From the NCBI GenBank assembly GCA_003696105.1, contig RFGE01000022.1, positions 4,177 to 68,176 of the forward strand: a stretch of DNA of 64,000 bases, in the 5' to 3' direction. This document shows, piece after piece, positions 36,701-45,300 of this stretch (position 1 is its first letter; each line of letters begins with the position of its first letter). The notes under the pieces are model-generated. The model had not been told where the DNA came from. It was given only the letters and a program-made list of their open reading frames with translations, and did not search any database. This DNA comes from Deltaproteobacteria bacterium (lineage in GTDB: Bacteria; Myxococcota_A; Polyangia; Haliangiales; J016). Made by a program: the position numbers and the translations under genes.

Positions 36701-39225
36701 TCGCCGCGTTGCTCGACGCGGGCCGCACGCTGCGCGAGCGCTGCGGCGATTCGGACGCGGCCCGCGCGGCGTTCGAACGCGTGCTCGCCCTTCGCCCCGC
36801 GCATCCCGAAGCGACCTGGGAGTTGGCCGGCCTCATCGAGGAAAGCGGCGATCCCGACGCCGCCGCGGAGTTGCTCGAGCGCCAGCTCGACCAGGAGGCT
36901 CTCGCGCCCGCAGACCGCGCTCGAATCCTCACTCAGCTCGCCGCGCTCGCGCGCCGCGCCGGCGTCCCCGCCGCGGCCGAGCGGCGCCTCGAAGAGGCGC
37001 TGCGCGCCGTGCCGGGCCACGTGCCGGCGATCCTGGCGCGCGCCGATCTGCTCGCCGAGAGCGAGCAGCACGAGCAGCTCGTCGCGTTCTTGCAGGAAGC
37101 TCGAGCGCACGTCGACCGCGACGCAGGCGACGCCCGCGCCGAGATCGACCGCCGCCTCGCCGCAGCGTACGAGGCGCTGGGCCGCGACGACGATGCGTAC
37201 CACACGCTGCTCGAAGCCGATCGCCGCCATCGCGGCAACCTGTTGGTCAAACTGGCGCTCGGCGAAAACCGCTACCGCGCGCGCCGCTGGCGCGAAGCGG
37301 CGCTCCATCTCGGGGCGCTGGCGGACCATCCGGACGCGGACAAGCACGCAGCCGAGGTCGCGGAGGGCCTGTACCACGCAGCGCTCGCCGAGATCCGCGC
37401 CCTGCGTCCCAACAAGGCCGAGCCGCTGTACCGGCGCGCCATCGAACTCAAGCCAAACTACGCGCCCGCGCTGCACGCGCTCGCCGAGTTGGCGATGGAG
37501 CGCGGCGACATGCACGAAGCCGCGGACCTGCTCACCAGACAGGCGACGGCCACCGAAGATCCCGCCGAGCGCGTGCGCCTGTTCGAGGCGCTCGGTGACC
37601 TCGCACTGATGGCGCTACACGACGAACAGCGCGCGCGGGTATGCTACGAAGCCGCCGTGCAGGCGGCATCGCCGCTGGGCTCCGAGCACATCGCATTGCT
37701 CGAGAAGCTGCTCGAGCGACAAGACCTGGCCGGCGACCACGCGGGCGCCGCGCGCACCGCGGAGCTGATGGCGTCGTTCGCGGCCGATCCGGCGGCGCGC
37801 GCCGCTCGGCTGGTCGCGGCGGCGCAGAACTACCTCGCCGCAGGCGACGAAGACCACGCGGTCGCGGCGGCCGAGCGAGCCGTCGATGCCGATCCCTACG
37901 ATCTCACCGGGGCCACGATCGCGTCCGAGCTGATGATGAAACGCGAGGCGTACGATCGCGCCGCCGAGGTGCTCAGCCGCGCCCTGAGTGCGGCGGCGCC
38001 GGCCGACGACGTGACAGCGGCACGCGCCGCGGACCTGTGGCGGCGGCTGGCCGACGCGCGCCGCAGTCGCGGCGATCTCAAGGGCGCCGTGACCGCGTAC
38101 GAACGCGCCGTCGACGTCGCGCCCGAGTCGGACGCCGCCCTGCGCGCGCGCCGCGAACTGCTCGACCTGTGGGATGACGACGACGAGCGTCGCGACCGCT
38201 GCCTCGCGTTCGCCCGCGAGATCGCGCGCGTCGACCAGCGCCCCGCAGACATCCTGGCGTTGGCGCGCATGCTGTGTCGCGCTACCTCCGCCGGGCCGGT
38301 GCATGTCGACGGCAGCCGCACCGCGCTCGAACTCGCGGCGGCCCTCGGCGAGTCGCTCGGGCCGGACGACGTCGCCTTCTTGGCGAAATACCCGGAGCGC
38401 GTGCTCGACGTCGATGAGGCATACCGCGGCGCGCTCGACGACAGCGATCGCGCGCAGCTGATCGCGGACCCGAGGGACGAGCCGCTCGCCTCGGTTCTCC
38501 AGGTGTTGTGGGAAGCGGCGCCGCTATTGTGGTCGGAACCCGCGGACGCGCTCGAACGCATGGGGATCCCCGAGGCCGAGCGCGTCGGCGCGCGCTCCGA
38601 CCTCGTGGCGGCCGTGATGTATCCGCACATCGCGCGCGCTCTCGGCGCCCCGCGCACCGTGCTGTACACCGCCCAGACCGGCGCCGACATCACCGTCGCG
38701 TGCGTCGCACCGCCGATCGTCGCGCTCGGTCGCCGGTTGCAGGTCACCACCGGCGGAGAGCGAGGCGACGATGCGCCGGGCGATCTCGAGCTGCGCTTCC
38801 TACTGGGGCGCGCCGCCGAGTTTGCGCGGCCCGAACGCGCAATCGCGGTCGGGCTGCCGCGCGATCAGTTCGCCTCCCTCGTCGCATCGCTTCGGCGCGC
38901 GTTCGGCCCGGGTCCGTCGCGCGACGACATCGCTGCCGGCCAGCGAGAACAGGACGCCACGCTGCGCAAGACCTTGCCCGTGAAAGTGCGGACACGGCTC
39001 GAAGAGATCCTCGCGAGCGCGGACCCGCGCGATCTGGACCCGGACCGCTACGTCGCGGCGTGTCACCGGGCGGCGGATCGCGCCGGCCTGCTCGTGTGCG
39101 GCGACATCGCGACGGCGATCCGCGTCGCCGGCGGACCGGATCGAGCGCGCCACATCATCGACGTCGCGCTGCGCGACGCCTACCTCGACGCGCGCGCGCG
39201 CCTGGGCGTCGCCACCGATGGCTGA
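30784..39225 (+). CDS. giant TPR-repeat protein (~2810 aa) with internal Pro-rich linker and non-TPR C-terminal domain
   Basis: Single uninterrupted frame of 8.4 kb. Dozens of TPR-like A..(Y/L)..AL..(D/N)P...A...L units. ATG 30784, or GTG 30775 as in the track. Confidence 0.9.
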   Translation: MTDDVTPTNPQPIDVLQAQLDAFRKDPTDADLYVELRAALRKSGHPDLLAEICELRAPHERDPRKAAAMWSEAGEARLLIGDEHRGDRDLRQALAIDPADERAAARYAERLMVAERFADAAAVLEAELAELERRAADAAGARKRAAEPFAARRAQRHRLLAQLWDERLGRVDRALHHWQRAWRLEPDKPDAIEAARAIYASLGDHDMVAELYRAELAAIGERAPARRRAELELALGRLMLRRGDAAAAAAHAENAVALAPDWADARETLAEVYASPVFAGESDPQRRAGELFVELGRAALDDDDRERAITYLRRALGVDPYSRAGTESLEEALAIDDRWEELDRLYQHRLGLTDDPRERLVLLRKRALLYEEQIDDRDELIAILEQIAAAEPPGGDASRRLRQLYRETENWAALAALIERDIANVPEEPGPLTDALLELATIAKEHLRERDRAAEYLHRILTIDPTHPEALARYHEHFRERRDWRGLADLTEFAIDNARDAGAPPGEIVRQLEELAQLAEMRLGDVDRAVATWQRVQQIEPDNPRAREALRRLASRAKMWESLVGVLEQEAAQAQSPAERAEALRRIAQVYRERHVHPRQAIALFEEVLQTFPGDESALKALAELYEREGDDAGLARTLRRQLDVDARRVAERLRAEGKAAASARDWPVAQRVERLTTLRRLATMYEQRLADVEGVVFACAGILEILPGDRDALDRMERVLERAGDTVRLEQTLEYHAEAATGPAERARVLRRLARLARDRDDPAAAMERWERVLAATPNDAEALVELAHLYETYRRWSELADVLERSLALERAPAAGTPEAARRAAKLKKLARVVDRELGDDARAIRAWRQLLDIQPKDRDALDALARLYEARGQWRDLTEILERQAPLYAHDDPAKAAEVILRRARLLEERLGAPVEAIDALEALLADVDPGNLDAHKALRRLYEARGDFDAAVRIAEREMYLSAGEAEKIARGMEIGLLCRDQLGDATRALQAFERVLELAPDHDEALAAAAELYAQVGDWHRHVDALERRLPRVAAERDRRALYIRIAQAKAERLHDPEGAFAVLRTAHEELPDPTTIAELRRAAEAYGLWAELADVYDRERRSLAGAGGPADPDAYVAASRQVAAIAERRLGDRARAMDALRDALAAAPLDDGLVAEAERIALEADEPALWQKLIDVLGVPLTAVGRAERVALHTRRARIYEERLDDPKGAFEELLRAFAWEPQRDETRQAIYALAERTRRWTDVVAVEAALFQRAPSREEAIAVLRRKAQVIEDHLHERVRAFRTHLAAFLLAPDDGDTVAHLWRLARDIGDYRPADRRPKPEPPPAHVEPTEIDEPAAVQSARPTAPGRRAADTVPAPRIEIQSTTSRGEPTQELTLSDLIPLAGGPQPPPREDSTVELDLNDLEPVARQGESRGDPTIELRTEDLIQALRPGDDTAPVPPPQSSRPRLPGVRAPGQPPPPPPRRPTIERHPRSPRSATPPAAKRAAPRPVRGRSLPAMPDRDYASAWDEFATAYELLPAASDADKLRWLFRAAEVWEAGARDVDRAFEVLERALALAPDDAEPRARLHRLAADHDRWDRLAELYEAAAERADTADTAAALYMEVAAIRANQGHAQQTERLYRKVLGMRPDDAVARERLEALYRASDRWVDLAASLEERTDPRLGAAAPEAERPALLRELASIYRDKLHRPHDALDALDRLRKLVPDDLDVLDQIAEINQEAGHFSAVVDALHKIADLAEGTPRAREALRRIGAIYEREIELPDRAIDAYNEIIAAWPDDADAYAALDRLYESHARWHELADTLRRRASLADDPAERAALLHRRARVLLDWLGNPDEAAAALRHARTLNPDDPQLADDLVTALVKAGREREAAAVLEGRVEALTRDGAAAGDIAALWIRLAQLRADALDDIDGARRALDRALELVPNHPTALSVHTRLADTDTDPRAYAEARLREADALRDIDDQIAALLDAGRTLRERCGDSDAARAAFERVLALRPAHPEATWELAGLIEESGDPDAAAELLERQLDQEALAPADRARILTQLAALARRAGVPAAAERRLEEALRAVPGHVPAILARADLLAESEQHEQLVAFLQEARAHVDRDAGDARAEIDRRLAAAYEALGRDDDAYHTLLEADRRHRGNLLVKLALGENRYRARRWREAALHLGALADHPDADKHAAEVAEGLYHAALAEIRALRPNKAEPLYRRAIELKPNYAPALHALAELAMERGDMHEAADLLTRQATATEDPAERVRLFEALGDLALMALHDEQRARVCYEAAVQAASPLGSEHIALLEKLLERQDLAGDHAGAARTAELMASFAADPAARAARLVAAAQNYLAAGDEDHAVAAAERAVDADPYDLTGATIASELMMKREAYDRAAEVLSRALSAAAPADDVTAARAADLWRRLADARRSRGDLKGAVTAYERAVDVAPESDAALRARRELLDLWDDDDERRDRCLAFAREIARVDQRPADILALARMLCRATSAGPVHVDGSRTALELAAALGESLGPDDVAFLAKYPERVLDVDEAYRGALDDSDRAQLIADPRDEPLASVLQVLWEAAPLLWSEPADALERMGIPEAERVGARSDLVAAVMYPHIARALGAPRTVLYTAQTGADITVACVAPPIVALGRRLQVTTGGERGDDAPGDLELRFLLGRAAEFARPERAIAVGLPRDQFASLVASLRRAFGPGPSRDDIAAGQREQDATLRKTLPVKVRTRLEEILASADPRDLDPDRYVAACHRAADRAGLLVCGDIATAIRVAGGPDRARHIIDVALRDAYLDARARLGVATDG

Positions 39226-39291
39226 CGCGCCGGCCGCACCCGGCCGCCGCGCGCCGGCGGGTTGCGCTCGCCGCGGGCGTCGCCGATCCTG

Positions 39292-40587
39292 ATGATCGTG
39301 TCATCGCCCCGCCCCCGGGCGCGCCATGCCGGGCGCCCGCCGCGTCGCCCGCCGGCCTCGGCGCGGCGCCGACGCCTGCGCACCGCCGCGGCCGTCGCGG
39401 TCGCCGCTGCCGCGAGCGCGTGCGGCGACGTACCCGCCGCCCTCTCGATCCCCGACGCGCGCGCGCCCGACGCCGCCGCAGCCGACGCCGCCGCTCCTCC
39501 GGTCCCGACCTGGCCACCGGCCGCGCCCATCCCCGACGCGATCGACTTTCCGCCGTGGCTCACTCTCCCCGCCCCCGACCGCGTTGTCGTGAGCTGGCGG
39601 ACGGTCGCTCCGACGCGCGGCGGCGTGCGCTACACGTCGGACCGCGGAGGCGGCGTCGTGCTGTCGCCGTCGCTCGCTGTCCTCCACCAGGTCGAACTCG
39701 GGCCGCTCGTCCCCGGCACGCGCTACCGCTACGAGGTGTTCATCGACGGAACGGACGTGTCGTTGCCCGGCGTGTTCACCACACCAGGCGGCTCGCGCTG
39801 GCGCTTCGTCCACCTCGCCGAGTTCCACGCCGCCAGCGAAGCGGATCACGTCGCCCGGTTCACCGAGGCGATCCGCGCGTTCGAGCCGAATGCCGTCGTC
39901 CACTCCGGCGACATGTGTGACTCGGGCGACGATCTCGCGGACTGGCGCAGCTTCTTTCGCACCGCCGCGCCATGGACCGCAAATGCGTTTTTGCTCCCCG
40001 CGCACTCCAACCACGTCAACGGCCCGGCCGGCAACGGCAATGCGCTGGCGCTGTTCGTGCTGCCCGACGCACAGCGCTGGTACCATACGCGTTTCGGCGA
40101 CACATCCATCTACACCCTCGACTCGACCTACGACGGGGCCAACCCGGACGTCGGGTCGGCGCAACTCGACTGGTTGCGGTCGACGCTCGCGGCCGAGCGC
40201 GCGTCGACCGCGCCGCCGCGGTTCGTAATCGGCGCGTGGCACTATCCGGCGTGCTCGAGTCACTACGCGTCGCGCGCCGACCAGCACCAGTGGGTGGTCG
40301 ACCACATCTTGCCCGCGTTCGCCGATGCCGGCGGCGTGGACCTCGTGCTCACCGGGCACGACAAGTACTACGAGCGATCCACCATCGCCGGCGGCCCGGT
40401 TCACGTCATGGCCAATGCCGGCCGGCTCCGGCCCGGCTCGCCCGGCGGGACGCCGGACGTCTGCGCGCCGCAGGTGACCGACACGGCCACCCGGTCGGTC
40501 GGCTTGTACGAGGTCGGGCCGGACGGCATCACGGCCGTCGTCGTCGGCGACGGCGGCAGCGTGATCGACCAGTTCTCGGTCCCCTGA
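39292..40587 (+). CDS. purple-acid-phosphatase-like metallophosphoesterase lipoprotein
   Basis: RRRRLRTAAAVAVAAAASAC (signal/lipobox), an FN3-like PAP N-domain (VVVSWRTV...GTRYRYEV), and metallophosphatase motifs (HSGDMCDSG, HSNH, LTGHDKYYER). Start uncertain (track start TTG 39262). Confidence 0.8.
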   Translation: MIVSSPRPRARHAGRPPRRPPASARRRRLRTAAAVAVAAAASACGDVPAALSIPDARAPDAAAADAAAPPVPTWPPAAPIPDAIDFPPWLTLPAPDRVVVSWRTVAPTRGGVRYTSDRGGGVVLSPSLAVLHQVELGPLVPGTRYRYEVFIDGTDVSLPGVFTTPGGSRWRFVHLAEFHAASEADHVARFTEAIRAFEPNAVVHSGDMCDSGDDLADWRSFFRTAAPWTANAFLLPAHSNHVNGPAGNGNALALFVLPDAQRWYHTRFGDTSIYTLDSTYDGANPDVGSAQLDWLRSTLAAERASTAPPRFVIGAWHYPACSSHYASRADQHQWVVDHILPAFADAGGVDLVLTGHDKYYERSTIAGGPVHVMANAGRLRPGSPGGTPDVCAPQVTDTATRSVGLYEVGPDGITAVVVGDGGSVIDQFSVP

Positions 40588-40621
40588 CGCCGACCGGCGT
40601 TCGTGCTAGGGTTGCGGGCCG

Positions 40622-40900
40622 ATGTACCTGGGACGCGTCATCGGCACGGTCGTCGCTCAGCGCAAGTACGCAGGGCTCGAGGGGCGCAAGTTACTGCTCG
40701 TGCAGCCCGTAGACGACGCCGGTACCGCCACCGGCCGCCCCGAGGTGGCGGTCGACACCGTCCAGGCGGGCCCGGACGACCTCGTGTTCCTGGTCGGCTC
40801 GCGCGAGGCCGCGCTCGCCCTCGATCCCTCGTTCGTTCCCGTGGACGCCGCGATCGTCGGCATCGTCGACCAGGTCGCCAGCGAACCGGTGACGCCATGA
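40622..40900 (+). CDS. bacterial microcompartment vertex protein BMC-P (EutN/CcmL family)
   Basis: [29 protein letters not shown]...[21 protein letters not shown]...DAAIVGIVD is the canonical EutN/CcmL pattern. 92 aa. Confidence 0.9.
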   Translation: MYLGRVIGTVVAQRKYAGLEGRKLLLVQPVDDAGTATGRPEVAVDTVQAGPDDLVFLVGSREAALALDPSFVPVDAAIVGIVDQVASEPVTP

Positions 40901-41169
40901 AGGTGTGCCGCGTTACGGGCACCGTCGTGTCCACGATCAAGCATGGCGTCTACGAAGGACGTCGCCTGATGGTCGTCCACCCCGAAGACGGCGGCGCGAG
41001 CTTTTTGGCCGTCGATACGGTGCAGGCCGGTCCCGGCGATCGCGTGCTCGTCATGCGCGAGGGCAACGGCGTGCGCCAGATCCTGGGCATCGGATCGCAG
41101 GTGCCGATTCGCTCGCTGATCGTCGGCATCGTCGACGCCGTCGACCGCGCCGACGGCGACACGCCATGA
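40897..41169 (+). CDS. bacterial microcompartment vertex protein BMC-P (second copy)
   Basis: ATGA overlap. [29 protein letters not shown]...[21 protein letters not shown]...[11 protein letters not shown]. Confidence 0.9.
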   Translation: MKVCRVTGTVVSTIKHGVYEGRRLMVVHPEDGGASFLAVDTVQAGPGDRVLVMREGNGVRQILGIGSQVPIRSLIVGIVDAVDRADGDTP

Positions 41170-41927
41170 CCGCCGACCGCCGACAAGCCGACGCCGTCGT
41201 CGAGGTGGCGCGCGCGCTTCACGCGCGCGGGTGGGTGGCCAACCACGACGGCAACGTGACGGTCCGGCTCGGAGCCGACCGGTACCTCGCAACCCCGACC
41301 GCCACGTCGAAAGCGAAGGTCACGCGCGACTCTCTGCTGGTCGTCGACGGCGAGGGCAAGCGCGTCAGTGGCCGCACGCGGCCGTTTTCCGAGATCAACC
41401 TGCATCTGGCGATCTACGCGGCGCGGACGGACGTCGGTGCCGTCGTCCACGCTCACCCGCCACACGCGACGGCGCTGGCGTGCAGCGGTTCCGATCTGCT
41501 CGCGCGCCCGTTCATCGCCGAGGCGGTCGTGTCCCTCGGGCCGGCGATCCCGACGGTGCCGTTCGCGCCGCCCGGACCGGCCGCCGCGCGCGCCGTGGCG
41601 GCCGTCGCCCGCGACGTCGACGCCGCATTGCTCGGCAACCACGGAGTGCTCACGTGGGCCGCCGACGTCGAGCTGGCCTACTTGCGGATGGAACTCGTCG
41701 AACACCTCGCGCGCATCGCGATCGCGGCGCAGGCGGTCGGCGGCGTTCGCCCGCTCCCGGCCGACGCCATCGGGCCGCTGTTGGCGGCTCGCGCGAGAGC
41801 CGGGCTGGGCGCGGCGGCCGACCGCGCCGCCGCAGCGCAATCGCCCGCGCCGGTGGCCAGCGCGAGCACCGACGCATTGGCCGCGATCGTGCGAGAGGAA
41901 GTCCTGCGCGCCCTCGGCCGCCACTGA
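41166..41927 (+). CDS. class II aldolase/adducin-family protein with C-terminal encapsulation-peptide-like helix
   Basis: ATGA overlap. GNVTVRL...EINLHLAIY...[11 protein letters not shown]...LGNHGVLTW are class II aldolase motifs. An Ala/Pro linker is followed by [20 protein letters not shown]. Confidence 0.88.
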   Translation: MTADRRQADAVVEVARALHARGWVANHDGNVTVRLGADRYLATPTATSKAKVTRDSLLVVDGEGKRVSGRTRPFSEINLHLAIYAARTDVGAVVHAHPPHATALACSGSDLLARPFIAEAVVSLGPAIPTVPFAPPGPAAARAVAAVARDVDAALLGNHGVLTWAADVELAYLRMELVEHLARIAIAAQAVGGVRPLPADAIGPLLAARARAGLGAAADRAAAAQSPAPVASASTDALAAIVREEVLRALGRH

Positions 41928-42009
41928 CGCGGCGACACGTGGAACACCGGGCCGCGCCCCGGAGGCGTGGCGAGCCGCCCCGCATTCGCGTCGCGCGTCG
42001 CCTGTCGCG

Positions 42010-42330
42010 TCAACCGGCCGAGTCGCCTCGCAGGCCGCCGAGAATCGCGCGGAAGATCGACCGGTTTTGCGCCTTCTCCTGCTCGAGCACCTTCTCGAGT
42101 TCGCCGTCGTCGAGCCACAGCCCGCCGCAGCCGAAGCAACGGTCGATCTCGATCGCGCCGTAGTGCACCGTGTGCAGCGACTCGCCGCACTTCGGACAGT
42201 GCATGAAGTGAAGTTGCTTCTGCCGCTCGCGCTCGGCCGCTTCGAGTTCCTTGCGCCGTTGCTCGGCCAGCTTCTTCAGTTTTTCGACCTCTTGGCGAAA
42301 GAAATACTCTTCTTCTGCTCTGCTCGTCAC
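42010..42330 (-). CDS. zf-TFIIB-type zinc-ribbon protein with N-terminal coiled coil
   Basis: HCPKCGESLHTVHYGAIEIDRCFGCGGLWLDDGELEKV. GTG 42330 is preceded by GGAGGG (5-nt spacer). Alternative GTG 42351 overlaps the kinase stop. Confidence 0.75.
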   Translation of the reverse strand: MTSRAEEEYFFRQEVEKLKKLAEQRRKELEAAERERQKQLHFMHCPKCGESLHTVHYGAIEIDRCFGCGGLWLDDGELEKVLEQEKAQNRSIFRAILGGLRGDSAG

Positions 42331-42347
42331 AATGCCCTCCGGGCCGC

Positions 42348-45300
42348 TCACGATACCCCAAAGCCGGGCGCGAGCAGCGCGGCGAGGCGCGAAATCGACC
42401 GCACGCCTTGGTGCGCGAACGCGGCCTCCGCTTCGGCGACGAGCGCCGCGCCTTCGTCCCCGCCGACCAGGCGGCCGAGGTGCCAGCGCGCCGCCGCCGC
42501 GAACAGCCCGAGTTCCGCCGCGTCGCACGCGGCCACCGCGCCGCGCAGGCGCTGCACAGCGCCCGCGGCGTCGCCGGCGCACGCCGCGGCGCCGGCCGCC
42601 ACCAGCGCAGCGAGCGCCCGTTCCCAGCTCCCTCCACGGGCGAGCGGCCGCGCCGCCTTGAGCGCCTCGCGCCGCCGGCCGGCGGCGAGCAGCGCGCGCG
42701 CGCGCAGGTGTGCGACAACCGGAGCGATCGCCGGCAGTCGATGCAGCCGAGACGCCGCGATCGCCGGCCCCGCGCGGTCCACCCGGTCGATCGCCGCCGC
42801 CACGTCGCGCGTGTACAGATCGATGTGGACTTGCGCCACGAGGTCGTCGATGTGCTGCAGCCACCACCGATCGCTCGACCAGCCGCGCATGGCCTCGTCG
42901 GCGCGCGCGCGCGCGCCGGTCGGGTCGTCGGCCGCAAGCCACACCAGGTTCGACCACCCAGACAACAGCGAAGCGGTCGCCAGTCGATCGCCGCGCTCGT
43001 CGGCCTCGCGCAGCCGCGCAGGCACGCGCTCAGCCAGGTCGCGCAGTCGGCCCAAAAACGCCAACGCGCGGTGCGCGACCTGCTGCGCGCTTCCCCGCTC
43101 CCACCACACGTTCGTGCAGTCCCGCAGGATCACGTCTGCCGCCTCGGCGGCGGCGAGCGCCCGCGTCCACTCGCCCGCCGCGGCCGCCGCAATGCCCTCG
43201 GTCAAGCTCACCAGGCCGCGCGCGCGATCGCTGTCGAGGTCGTCCGCCAACTTCGCGGCGAGTGCGAGCAGTTGGTCGATCCGGCGCCGCTGCCGCTCCG
43301 ACCCGCCGGCGCTGTACGCGACCTCGGCAGCGAACGCGCGGCACACGCGAAATCGCTCGCCGGCATCGAGCGCCTCCACCAGATGGAACAACTGAAAGTC
43401 CGCGCCGCGCGCCGGATCGACGTGGACCAACCCCATCGCGACCGTCCACAGGATGTCGACCACGGTGAGCGCCTCGAGCGAAACCTGCGTCGCGTCGCGC
43501 GGCTTGAATCGGAGGCTGCGTGCGCGAAGGCGTGCGCGCTGGCGCGCCAGCGACCATGCGCCCTGCCGCTCGCTGTCGACCGAGCCGAGCCCGGCGGCGT
43601 CGAGCACCCGCCCGAGCGCGTCGAGCCCGTCGGCCACGTGGCCGCTGCGCAACAGCTGTTCCGCGGCCCGCCGCAGCAGCTCGAGCTGCGCGGCGGCCGA
43701 CGATCCCTCCGCCGCGTCGAGATATGCGCGCGCAGCGTCCGCACCGCGTCCCGCGTACGCGAGCGCGTCGCCGAGCCGCGTGTACAGCCGGCGCAGGACG
43801 ACCCCTTCCGGACGTTGCCACTCGATCGCTTGCCGATACAGCTGCGCGGCGCGATCGAACGCGAGTGCCGCGGCCGCACGCCCGGCCGCCTCCTCCGCGT
43901 ACGCGCCCGCGCGCGGCAGATCGCCAGCGGCCGCCCAGTGGACCGCGAGCGCCTGCGCGTCGGCGCCGACGGCTTCCAGCGACAGCGCAAGTCGATGATG
44001 GCACGCCGCGCGCTGCTCGTCGCTCATTCGGTCGATGACCGCGTCGCGCACCCGACCGTGATACGGCTCGATCTCTTCGGCGCGGCCGACCCCGGTCGTC
44101 CGCGTGAGCTTGCTCGCGCGCAGCCGGCCGACTACCTCCGTGAACTCGCCAAACTCGACCCCCGCCGCTTCCGCGGCCACCTCCTGCGCGATCGGCGCGC
44201 CGGCGATCGACACGACCTCGACAATCGCGCGCGCGGTGTCCCCGAGCTGCTCGATTCGAGACCACAGCGCGGCGTCGAGATCCGGCAGCGCGATGTGCGC
44301 ACCGCCGAGCGAGACCGCGTGCTGTACGAGTTCGTCGATAAACAGCGGATGGCCGCGCGCCTCGTGCGCGATCGCGTCCGCGCCGGCGCGCGGGTCGACG
44401 TCCGCCTCGCGCAGCAACACGGCCGCAAGTTCGCGCGCCTCCGCCGGCGGCAGGGGCCCCAGGTGGACGTGGCGGATGTCAGCGACGTCGGTGCGCACCG
44501 AAAACTGCGGCACGGACGCCAGCGCCGCTGCCGGTTCGGACGCCTCCGTGCGCGCGCTCGCCACGAGCAACATCGGCGGCTCATCGGGCGGCTTCATCAC
44601 GTCGCGCAACAGCGCCAAACTGTCGCCGTCGACCCACTGCAGATCCTCGATGATGACGACGAGCCGGCGCCGTTCCGCGATCCGGTAAAACAGCTCGCGC
44701 ACCGCCGCGAACAGACGCCGCCGCTGCTCGAGCGGGTCGGCGATGTCGTGCGGTGGCCCGGGCGCCTTCGCAACGGCTTCTACCCGTCGCAGCACGGGGA
44801 AAATGTTGGCCGCCAGCCCCACGTCGAGAGGCAACACCGCGGCGACCTCCTCCGCCGGCTCCCGCCGCAGCACGCGGCTGAGCACGTCGATCACGCCGTC
44901 GATTGCCTTGTAGGGAACCGACTCGCGTTCGTGACAACGTCCGGCGAGCACGATCGCGCGCGGGTCGCCGGCGACTACGCCGCGCGCGAACCGCTGCAGC
45001 AGCGCGGTCTTTCCGACGCCGGAGTCGCCAGTCAGATACAGCGTTACGGCGCGGCCGCGCGCCGTCTGCTGGACCGCGTCGTGCAGCAGCGCCAGCTCGC
45101 GTTGGCGACCGACGAACGGCTGGTCCATCGCCGGATCGATCTGGCGCGGTGCGACGGTCACCTTCGCATCGACGCCGAGGGTCGCGAGAATGTCGCGACC
45201 GGTCGCGCGGCGCGACGGGTCGATCGCGAGTAGCCGCACGCACAGGTCGTCCAGTTCCGGCGGAATGCCGCCCAGCACGGCGCCGGGCGGCGGCGGCGCA

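Noticed and set aside
30784-39225. Identifying the giant TPR protein as the gliding-motility scaffold GltI/AgmK.
   Set aside because: Only the size and TPR content are similar. None of the glt/agl neighbours I would expect are present. Homology cannot be judged without a search.
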